DNA of 64,000 nucleotides from a virus: IMG/VR virus record IMGVR_UViG_3300047198_000026, positions 1 to 64,000 of that record; one strand, 5' to 3'. Shown piece by piece: positions 17,483 to 25,764 of this stretch (position 1 is its first letter; each line of letters starts with the position of its first letter). The notes under the pieces were generated by a model. It saw only the letters and a program-made list of their open reading frames with translations, ran no database searches and was not told where the DNA came from. The position numbers and the translations under genes were made by a program.

Positions 17483-17707
17483 ATGGAATTGAGTCCCAAT
17501 AAGAAGGTCTATCCAGTTGGCACCATTGTGTTTACCCGGGGTAGGATGCCCCTACTGGGTCTTGAGGGAACTATAGGTAAGGTGGAAAGGGTACAAGGGC
17601 AAAGGATGTTCGTTAGGTTTCCTTGGCCGGACTTCCGGACAATTGAGCTCACCCATGATGAGATAACCACCTGTAATGAGGTTAAGTACTTGGACTCGGA
17701 GAGATAA
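17483..17707 (+). CDS. Small protein (MELSPN)
   Basis: AGGAG RBS; internal ATG of track ORF 17417..17707. Confidence 0.65.
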   Translation: MELSPNKKVYPVGTIVFTRGRMPLLGLEGTIGKVERVQGQRMFVRFPWPDFRTIELTHDEITTCNEVKYLDSER

Positions 17708-17847
17708 TGCAGATAAGTAAGAATCAGGCCACCTGCTATTACACCTACCTCCTTTACAAGGAGGTAACCCCTTGTATTGGTTGCACAATACAGTGGTGTA
17801 AATACTGGAGGGACCAGAGGTGCTTAGATGGAGATGAGCCCCAATAA
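17707..17847 (+). CDS. 46-aa Cys-rich protein (MQISKN), below the ORF-track cutoff
   Basis: TAATG overlap; MQISKNQATCYY...CIGC...C. Confidence 0.6.
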   Translation: MQISKNQATCYYTYLLYKEVTPCIGCTIQWCKYWRDQRCLDGDEPQ

Positions 17848-18043
17848 AGTAAGAACAATCAAGATTTTTTCAGCAATGGATGCCTATATGGAGCCCTTCA
17901 AGTTTACCGGAGAGGACCTGACCACAAAATGGGAGAAGGACTATCTGACCATTTACGATCGCACAGTCCTTACTTTTCGAATCCAGAAAGAAAAGTGTGT
18001 GATAATAGTCTATGATAGGGAAGGTTATGAAAACAGAAACTGA
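17828..18043 (+). CDS. Small protein (MEMSPN)
   Basis: ORF track; GAGG RBS. Confidence 0.65.
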   Translation: MEMSPNKVRTIKIFSAMDAYMEPFKFTGEDLTTKWEKDYLTIYDRTVLTFRIQKEKCVIIVYDREGYENRN

Positions 18044-18376
18044 CATTAAAGAGGCCCTGAGGAGACATAAGATTCTACAAGAGGTCCTCCTGGGGAGGGG
18101 AGACATATACTATAGGGAGATAGATAGGGTAAAACAACTTCATGAGCTTCAGATAGTGGAGACGGTCATAGAGGTCCTAGGGTGGTGTCTAAAAGATGAC
18201 GAAGAAGTCCTACAACTACTCTGATGATGACCTCCTTGAGAAGTGCCTAAAGCATTATGAGTGGCTCCTTAGGAGGATATCCTTTTGGCAATGGCTATCC
18301 TATCGCGTATGGAGGTTCTTTAAGAGGTTGATATGAGAGGAGATTGCTGGTTTTGTAGAGAGAAAGAGGTAGAGTA

Positions 18377-18592
18377 ATGGAAAAGTCCTTAAATACCCGG
18401 TATATTCATATGCCTTCTCATACCTTTAGGGACACAGAGGATCCTTCTTTTGAGGTCCCCTTATTGGATGTCTATAGGGAAGATGTATATTTGTATCCCC
18501 GGGAGGACCAAACGGATGTGGCAAAGTGTGATGCCTATCCCATTGGGGAGGGTCCTTTAAAAGACATAAGGGTAAGACATGGAAAAAAGTGA
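18377..18592 (+). CDS. Small protein (MEKSLN)
   Basis: ORF track; GAGG RBS. Confidence 0.6.
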   Translation: MEKSLNTRYIHMPSHTFRDTEDPSFEVPLLDVYREDVYLYPREDQTDVAKCDAYPIGEGPLKDIRVRHGKK

Positions 18593-18896
18593 AAACCAAC
18601 GCAACTGCCCATTCTCAAAGGGCGACTGGGTTCGGAAAAAGTTTGGACTGGCCGAGGGGGAAGTGGTGGGTTTCAAGAAGTGCCACCAAGGATGTTACTT
18701 TCAGAACTTTCCCTCCTGTGGACCAGATGCTTGGAATATACTGGTGAAACTTAGACATACTGAAGGTTTACAAGAAGTAGAGTTCTGTCCCTTCAGTTGG
18801 GAGAAAACCAAGAAGCCTGAAATTCATGAATGGATTGCGGATGAATTGGAGGCTGTAACAGGAGTTAGTACTTATCAACAAGGAGGACATCCATAA
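18579..18896 (+). CDS. Small protein (MEKSEN)
   Basis: ORF track; FSKGDWV and Cys motifs, resembles 6342..6737. Confidence 0.65.
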   Translation: MEKSENQRNCPFSKGDWVRKKFGLAEGEVVGFKKCHQGCYFQNFPSCGPDAWNILVKLRHTEGLQEVEFCPFSWEKTKKPEIHEWIADELEAVTGVSTYQQGGHP

Positions 18897-19363
18897 TGGA
18901 ACGATCTGAAAATGAGGTAATATGTTGTGACAAATGTAACAAGGCCTTTGAGCAGGGGGAAACCTTCGAAGTCCTTCTGATCAAAATAGATGACAGATTT
19001 AGAGAGGTTAGATTCCATAGGCAATGTAGTCCCTTGAAGTTTCCAGATTGGGTGAGTGAGTGGGATCGGGGGTACAAGCAGGCTTTCAGCATCCCGCCTA
19101 TTACACCTAGTTATCCACAGTCTCCAATAACAATAACTCCTTACAATCCATCGTGGGGTGGTAGTAGTTATAACTCCAATGGGGCAAATCAGGCGCCACA
19201 GGCTATGCAGGGGTCACAGGCTATGAATGTGACAGCCACAGAATTGGCCATGAAGCAGCAAGAGTCCAGGCTCCGGCTTACACAGCAGTTCAAGGATCTT
19301 GGCCTAAATTCTAAGGCCATTGGCGAGTTATTAATGGAGGATGACGAGGACAAAAAGTCATGA
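18896..19363 (+). CDS. Hypothetical protein (MERSEN)
   Basis: AGGAGG RBS; CDKC...HRQC. Confidence 0.65.
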   Translation: MERSENEVICCDKCNKAFEQGETFEVLLIKIDDRFREVRFHRQCSPLKFPDWVSEWDRGYKQAFSIPPITPSYPQSPITITPYNPSWGGSSYNSNGANQAPQAMQGSQAMNVTATELAMKQQESRLRLTQQFKDLGLNSKAIGELLMEDDEDKKS

Positions 19364-19938
19364 AGGTAATTGTATCTGCTCACCTTGACACAGTCTTTAA
19401 TGATCCTATGGGTACCATAGAAGATGGTCAATTCATAGGTCCCTGTGACAACATAGCAAGTGTTCTGGCAGTTGGTAAGTTGTTAGGGGAGACAGATGTC
19501 AAGATAGAACTGACCAATGACGAAGAAGGCCATATGGATGGAGCCAGATACGTATCCCGCGAGAATGATCCCAAGACTGCCATGATGATTGTTCTGGATG
19601 TTACTGAGGACTTTAAGAAATCAGTGAACTTCACCGTGGAGAATGTCTATGGTATCAATATGGTCCATGTCAAGAAGGCCCTAAGGCCATTTAAGGGAAA
19701 GTATAAGTTCAATGAGAAAGGGGAAGAGAGTGAGGCCTGGTTATATAGGGATATGGGATTTCCAGTATTGGAGATAGACATACCTGTCAGGGATGGCATC
19801 CACAATATGAAGGCAGTGTCTCGGGTAGAGGATATCTTAGTTGTAGCCGATGTTTTGAAGGCCCTGATAGCCTATTTTAAGGATATGACCAGAGAACAAT
19901 TGAGTGATCAGTTTAAGGTAGAGGCTAACCATGAATGA
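19360..19938 (+). CDS. M20/M28-family Zn peptidase-like protein
   Basis: SAHLD, DN, DEEG, LDV and a late His: the metal-ligand pattern of clan MH peptidases. Confidence 0.75.
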   Translation: MKVIVSAHLDTVFNDPMGTIEDGQFIGPCDNIASVLAVGKLLGETDVKIELTNDEEGHMDGARYVSRENDPKTAMMIVLDVTEDFKKSVNFTVENVYGINMVHVKKALRPFKGKYKFNEKGEESEAWLYRDMGFPVLEIDIPVRDGIHNMKAVSRVEDILVVADVLKALIAYFKDMTREQLSDQFKVEANHE

Positions 19939-20263
19939 TCCCTTGGAAAACTTTATAGACTGGCAGCGCCGATCGATCTGGAGGGAGGATATCTATAAGC
20001 ATAGGTCTAAGACCAGTTCTTGGAACTATGGACATCACAAAGAGACTAAATCCATGATCAATACGGTCGAAGACAAGATGATTGATGCCTATGATAAGAC
20101 ATACAATAGGGGAGACTACAATAAGGCCCGGATTGAGGACCTGTATTCAAGTGGGTATACTGAGGAAGAGATCCAAGTAATGACTGGTTTGTCCATAGGG
20201 ACAATATCCAAGTATGTACAACAAATTAAGGCAGAGGTAGGAGATGAAGGTAACAAGGATTAA
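19931..20263 (+). CDS. HTH DNA-binding protein
   Basis: LYSSGYTEEEIQVMTGLSIGTISKYV. Confidence 0.65.
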   Translation: MNDPLENFIDWQRRSIWREDIYKHRSKTSSWNYGHHKETKSMINTVEDKMIDAYDKTYNRGDYNKARIEDLYSSGYTEEEIQVMTGLSIGTISKYVQQIKAEVGDEGNKD

Positions 20264-20881
20264 TAGGAAACTACTGGAAGAGGTCTTTCGTTTACTCCCC
20301 ACTACAGAGTATTGTTGGGGAAACATTAAGGCATTTCATGTCAGTGGGGATATGAACGGAAAAAAATATATTGACGTAAAGACTGAAGGGAATGACCTTC
20401 TTATCTATGATTACAGGGAGGTAGGAGAAAATGGGGAAGCTTGAGGTTGATGGAGTATGGGGATTGAGCTCTCAGGAGGTGCCCACCAAGGTAATTTATC
20501 CTTTAGGACACTGTCGTAACTGTCCATTGCTGGTCGAGAATGGCATCCTATGGTGTTCTTATTATAAGAGGAGGATAGATAATGAAGAAGATTGTACATT
20601 CTGTAAGATCTCCAAGGTCTTGGTATATGAAGAAAAATAAATCTTGCATTTACGAAATTAAGCCTACAAAGAAGAATATCAAAAGGTACAACGAAAGGAG
20701 CTACTGGCGTGGAATGGGGGCACCTCTTTTTCAGTATTGTAGGGTAGCCGGAGTTATGTTCAATGAGGGGGGTAGATACTTTACCCTGTCAGCTTTTGGA
20801 ACCTGGTTATTCTTTCGAATGTATCTTTATATCCCCATATTCAAATGGAACTTAGAATTGATGTTTAGGAGGACTGCTTAA

Positions 20882-21151
20882 ATGTCTGTAGAACAAGCTG
20901 AAAAAAAGAAGGCTGAAATAGCAGCAGTAGACCATCAGGAGAAGAAGGACATACAGGATATCCTTAAGGATGTATGTCCAAACTGCGGAACCCGAGTGGT
21001 AGACTTCAGTTACTTTAATACTGCCCTAATGGCGGCTCCCTTTGGGTGGATTGAGTGCCCCAATTGTGGAGTGGTTTTTTGTCCTGAAAGCCTCCGTCAT
21101 CAGAAGATTTCCCGTTTGGGGGGTGTTAAGAAGGAACCTCTTATCCTCTAG
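20882..21151 (+). CDS. Zn-ribbon protein
   Basis: CPNCG twice. Confidence 0.65.
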   Translation: MSVEQAEKKKAEIAAVDHQEKKDIQDILKDVCPNCGTRVVDFSYFNTALMAAPFGWIECPNCGVVFCPESLRHQKISRLGGVKKEPLIL

Positions 21152-21425
21152 CCGTCAGAGTGGAAGAATATACGGCTGGGAGCGTAATAGAGAGTATGGG
21201 ATATGGTTAAGTTAAACCCCAAATATACAAAAGATCAGATCCAGAAGCTTTATAGGAAAGAAGGCAAAACTCCGGCGGACGCAAAGCGACTGTCGGAGCT
21301 CTTAGAGAACGACTTAATTGCCATCCGTAGGCGGGAAAGACGCCTATTTAGGGATGCCAGAAAGCACGAGAAGAACTATGGTCTAGATTTAGACCAGCTT
21401 TATCAGTGTGAGAAGGAGACAAAAA

Positions 21426-21563
21426 ATGCCAGCAGGGTATCTCAAAATGAGAAACAAGTTCAAAAGTGAAGGAATGTCAGATAAGGATGCCAAGAAGAAG
21501 GCTGCCCGGATCTGGAATTCTAAGCACAAAGGTGCGCAGTCAGTAGGTCGTGGCAGGAAATGA
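21426..21563 (+). CDS. 45-aa basic protein
   Basis: AGGAG RBS; MPAGYLKMRNKF...AARIWNSKH. Confidence 0.6.
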   Translation: MPAGYLKMRNKFKSEGMSDKDAKKKAARIWNSKHKGAQSVGRGRK

Positions 21564-21639
21564 GCAATGGAGTCCATCTGTTTATAGGACACCACACCCA
21601 TTAACCATATTAATCCCAAAGATTTAAGGAGGAAGTAAA

Positions 21640-21786
21640 ATGACATTTTTAGCAGGATTTGGAGGTTTCGTTGTAGGAGTTATCGCAGGAGCGATCGCAG
21701 GTATCATATGTTATTGGTACTTTGCAATCCATCGGAAGAATGTTCCGGCTATCCCAGCAGACCTTCCCAAGATTGAAATTAAGTAG
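21640..21786 (+). CDS. 48-aa single-TM membrane protein
   Basis: AGGAGG RBS; MTFLAGFGGFVVGVIAGAIAGIICYWYF. Confidence 0.65.
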   Translation: MTFLAGFGGFVVGVIAGAIAGIICYWYFAIHRKNVPAIPADLPKIEIK

Positions 21787-21960
21787 CAAACCTAGTCCAT
21801 CCTCAGCCGTAGTGACTGAGGTGATGTCTAGGAAGCCCCTCGGAGGCGAGAAGGCCAAACCAGTGCACGGGTAAGCCGAAGAAAGGGTAAATAGGGCCGT
21901 AACGGAAGGTCTTCCAGTGGCCACTGTTCCGTCGCGGGATAAATATTAGAGGAGGTTTTT

Positions 21961-22101
21961 ATGTTAACAGTTATTGGAGTTTTCGCCATAGCAGGAACAG
22001 TTGCTATGATCGCAGGAGCCATGGGGAAGTGTCCCTGGTGGGTATCCGTTGGATGCCTATGCGTATGTGAACTTCTCCGGATACTTCCAGTAGGTCGTTA
22101 A
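21961..22101 (+). CDS. 46-aa hydrophobic membrane protein
   Basis: GAGGAGG RBS; two short hydrophobic segments. Confidence 0.6.
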   Translation: MLTVIGVFAIAGTVAMIAGAMGKCPWWVSVGCLCVCELLRILPVGR

Positions 22102-22102
22102 G

Positions 22103-22324
22103 ATGAATGGAAGAGAGAAGTTAAATGCTGCTGGAAAGAAACAGCAGAAGATTGTCATGGATACATTCCATGAAGGAAAGCTACGCTCGAGCTCTGGCCG
22201 TACTGTAACTGACCCCCAACAGGCTGTCGCAATCGGATACTCCGAAGGACGATCTGCCCAAAGACGGGGTACAGAAAAGAGAACATGGAGAGGGAGAAGC
22301 CGTACACGGCCCCGGAGTTACTAA
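22103..22324 (+). CDS. DUF6496-like small basic protein
   Basis: VMDTFHEGKLRSSSGRTVTDPQQAVAIGYSE resembles the family consensus as I recall it. Confidence 0.65.
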   Translation: MNGREKLNAAGKKQQKIVMDTFHEGKLRSSSGRTVTDPQQAVAIGYSEGRSAQRRGTEKRTWRGRSRTRPRSY

Positions 22325-22633
22325 TGTATGAGGAATTAAAATTATTACATAGAAGAGTTGATGCAACATAATTACAAGAGTTAAGTGCCCCAAACCAAAA
22401 TCGCACAAAGCCCCTAAAAACGTAAATGCCCTCTTAGATACTAGCACAAGAGAACCTCGCATAATTCCTTCTTTACCCGGTTATTATCGTAGTCCTTCAT
22501 CTAAAGCAGAACCGGCAATCCAATCAGACTTTTCTCATATTAGACAAACAAAACGTACTAAATTTGGGAAAGAACCAAAGGAAGATGCTGCTGGTAACCC
22601 AACCAAAACGCCTGTTCTCTGGAGCGACTTGAT

Positions 22634-23056
22634 ATGAGGAGAGATTCTTATAGTAATACAATTGGTATCTGCGGGATTTGTCAGGAAGAACACCCCTTAT
22701 TAGGGCATCATTTAAGTTATGAGCCTGAAATTGTTATTCAAATTTGTCAAAAATGCCACTCCTTCCTACACTTTGGGGCCAAGCGCCCAAGGGATAAATT
22801 ATATATCTATTTTGATCTAATTACTACTTATGGGGATAATTGGGAGAATGGCATAGAAAAGTATAAGAAGAGTGATTGGTATCGTCATAGGCAAAAGAGG
22901 AATGGAGTTAAGGACAGAAAGTTAAATGGAAAGTGGAATGAAAGATATCCTGACGCATATGCCAAACAAAAAAAGAGTAGAAAGGAAAAATATGATTCTC
23001 TTCCACAGGAGGGACGCAGGAAAGTAAATGGATACTCCAAACGTCCCATCCTTTAA
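22634..23056 (+). CDS. HNH-like endonuclease upstream of terminase
   Basis: CGIC...HHLSY...CQKCH. Confidence 0.65.
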   Translation: MRRDSYSNTIGICGICQEEHPLLGHHLSYEPEIVIQICQKCHSFLHFGAKRPRDKLYIYFDLITTYGDNWENGIEKYKKSDWYRHRQKRNGVKDRKLNGKWNERYPDAYAKQKKSRKEKYDSLPQEGRRKVNGYSKRPIL

Positions 23057-23474
23057 GCCAGAGCTTACAGATGGAAACCAGAAATTCGCACAACTCGTTG
23101 CTGAAGGTATGAGGCCAATCGATGCCTACAGACAGGCCTATCCCAATGCCAAGCATGCCTACCTATCTCAGGATGCCCAAAAACTCCTACGCAAACCCAA
23201 GATTCGCGAGATGATTGAGGAAATCCAGCAGGATGTCAGAGCACGCTTTGTTCTACTTGCCCCTGAGGCCCAAGAGAGAGTTTTAGATCTTGCCACTAAT
23301 GCTGAGCAGGAGAAAGTGAGGCTACAGGCCAACATAGAGATATTGGATAGGGCTGGTCTTAAGCCACCGGAAAGGGTTGAGCTGCAGCACTTGGGAGTAT
23401 TTGGTTCTATGGATCCAGAAGAAATCAAAAACATGATTCGTGATAATCTTTCCAAGAAAGAGGTAGAGAAATGA
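23028..23474 (+). CDS. Terminase small subunit
   Basis: QKFAQLVAEG..IDAYRQAY...AQKLLRKPKI N-terminal HTH; position upstream of TerL. Confidence 0.7.
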   Translation: MDTPNVPSFKPELTDGNQKFAQLVAEGMRPIDAYRQAYPNAKHAYLSQDAQKLLRKPKIREMIEEIQQDVRARFVLLAPEAQERVLDLATNAEQEKVRLQANIEILDRAGLKPPERVELQHLGVFGSMDPEEIKNMIRDNLSKKEVEK

Positions 23475-23730
23475 AAGAGACATTACCCGGAATCCAGGGT
23501 GAGTCAGTATCCCCACCTACATTGGAAGTCATAGCAATAACTATGATTCCTATTAAGCGCCATGTGAGCATTCGTGAGATGGACAACGGTTATGAGGTAA
23601 CACTTGATGCTGGGATGCTACACCAGGAATTGATATTCGAAGATTATAGAAAACTTATTAAGGTCCTAGCCGAGTTCCTAAAGGATAAGGTAGAAGGATC
23701 TGCAAAAGAAGATAAAAAGGAGTGATGTAA

Positions 23731-24150
23731 GTGTCAAGGCAATTTGAGTCTCAGAAAATTTCCATTGCTTTTGCCTCTAGTGGTGCTACTGCTGTAGATA
23801 CTACCTTGGGTACTTCATACTTGGGTAGACTATTGGGTGTAAAGGTTAAAGGGCATACTTGGACTACAGCAGGACATTCTGCTTCAGGAGCATCGGCTGC
23901 AAATGTACAGATTCTTGATCCTGACGGGGATTCCCTGTGGTTAAGTAGTGAAGTTCTTACAGGGGCAACCAGTTTCTTCTTTCTTGAAGGAAGTACAACC
24001 TCGGCTGGAATTATCATTGAACCCAATTGTACATTAAGGTATAAATTTCTGGATGGAAATATAGATGCACGATGTGTAAGTGGTCGCGCATATGCTGACG
24101 TTTTGGCCGACCTCCCTACTGCTACTGTAAAACTTTATTTACAGGAGTAA
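23731..24150 (+). CDS. Putative virion structural protein (Ser/Ala/Thr-rich)
   Basis: Composition and position. Confidence 0.5.
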   Translation: MSRQFESQKISIAFASSGATAVDTTLGTSYLGRLLGVKVKGHTWTTAGHSASGASAANVQILDPDGDSLWLSSEVLTGATSFFFLEGSTTSAGIIIEPNCTLRYKFLDGNIDARCVSGRAYADVLADLPTATVKLYLQE

Positions 24151-24153
24151 GGA

Positions 24154-25527
24154 ATGAACCTTAATGCACAGGACCTAACTACCCAAAGGCATTTGGCAGC
24201 TGCTCAGCAGTTGTTATCCTACACTCCTAACAGCGATAAGCTAATGACCATGCACCAAGATGGTTCAAAGACTAGACTTATCCTTGGGGGAAAGAGAAGT
24301 GGGAAGACAACCTTCGGGGTAGTTGAATGTTGTTGGGCAGCCTTGGGGATCCATCCATTTTTGGATTTTCCCAAGCCTCCTTTAAAGATCAGGGTCTGCA
24401 GTGTAGACTTTAATAGTGGGATTGCAGGAATCATTCTGCCCATGTTTGAGACCTGGTTACCAAAACATGCTGTAAAGAAGTTCTGGTCAGAGACCCGGGT
24501 ATTAGAACTAAAGAATGGAACAGAGATTGATTTCAAATCTTACGACCAAGATATAGAAAAGTTTGAGGGAGTAGAGAGACACTTAGTGTGGATGGACGAA
24601 GAGCCACCCAGAGATGTATATGAGTCAAACTTCATGAGGACTGTATCAGGAGGGATTAATGGAAAAATCCTTATCACATGCACGCCTCTACATGGACTTA
24701 CATGGGTTTATGATGTGCTGTACGATAATCCGTCAGCCAAACCACCGGCGGTTAGCCACTGTCATGTAAGCATATTTGAGAATCCGCATTTGGATAAGGC
24801 AGCCATTGAATCTGTCAAGAACGATCCTGCGATGAAGGACTCATTAGAGTCAGCTCTGTATGGACTCTTTATTGCCAAGTCGGGTCTCATCTATAAGGAC
24901 TTTGGTAATGTGAATATGCTCCGTCCAGAAGCCCCCAAGCCAGATTGGATGATTGTATTGGGAATAGATCCCCACGATCGGAATCCACATGGAGTAGTGT
25001 TCAGCGGCTTGTCTAGGGACAATGTCTGGATTGTCTTTGACGAGATTATGGAACAGTGTACGATCAAGGATCTGGTAGGAATGATTAAGACTAAGCTGGG
25101 GACCAGATGGCCCCCTGCCTTAGCCATTATTGACACCAGTGCCCATGCTCCACAATCCATTTCGGGACGAAGTGTGGCCGATGAAATGAAGATGATGGGA
25201 TTGCCAACTATTCCAGCCTTTAAGGACTGGCAGCCTGGCGTCCTAAAGTTATCTTCCTTAATTAGTCCGGGGGGAGGGCAACTTCCTAAACTGTATGTGA
25301 TGGAAAATTGTGCCAACCTCATTCGTGAGTTTAGGCATTATGTTTGGGCAGACTGGGCAAGGAAGAGGGATAAGTATAATCCCAAGGAGATGCCCTTAAA
25401 GAAAGATGACCACTTACTGGATGCCCTTCGTTATTTGGTCATGAGTAATATTGTTTACAGGCCTCCTGGATTTGGTTTTAAACCAAAGACGCCAGTGAGG
25501 ATTAGTCCAATTACGGGTTACTTCTAA
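24154..25527 (+). CDS. terL: Terminase large subunit
   Basis: GGKRSGKT, WMDEEP, TCTP; nuclease motifs GIDPH and DDHLLDALRY. Confidence 0.93.
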   Translation: MNLNAQDLTTQRHLAAAQQLLSYTPNSDKLMTMHQDGSKTRLILGGKRSGKTTFGVVECCWAALGIHPFLDFPKPPLKIRVCSVDFNSGIAGIILPMFETWLPKHAVKKFWSETRVLELKNGTEIDFKSYDQDIEKFEGVERHLVWMDEEPPRDVYESNFMRTVSGGINGKILITCTPLHGLTWVYDVLYDNPSAKPPAVSHCHVSIFENPHLDKAAIESVKNDPAMKDSLESALYGLFIAKSGLIYKDFGNVNMLRPEAPKPDWMIVLGIDPHDRNPHGVVFSGLSRDNVWIVFDEIMEQCTIKDLVGMIKTKLGTRWPPALAIIDTSAHAPQSISGRSVADEMKMMGLPTIPAFKDWQPGVLKLSSLISPGGGQLPKLYVMENCANLIREFRHYVWADWARKRDKYNPKEMPLKKDDHLLDALRYLVMSNIVYRPPGFGFKPKTPVRISPITGYF

Positions 25528-25764
25528 AAGGTGATGTTAAATGGCAAATGGTTTAATTGACAAGGCTACGTCTGCTATTGAAGCAGGGTGGCAGAAGATT
25601 CACGACTCTATGCAGAAAGACTGGGAAAAGTCTGTAGAGACTGAGCAGCATAAGACAAAGTCAACCTGCCCTGAATACACTACAGTCTATAATGAAAGAG
25701 TGAAGAGGTCAAAAGAAGGAGACCCAACTGGGACATCCTATACAGGACAATAAGGTGATGGAAG

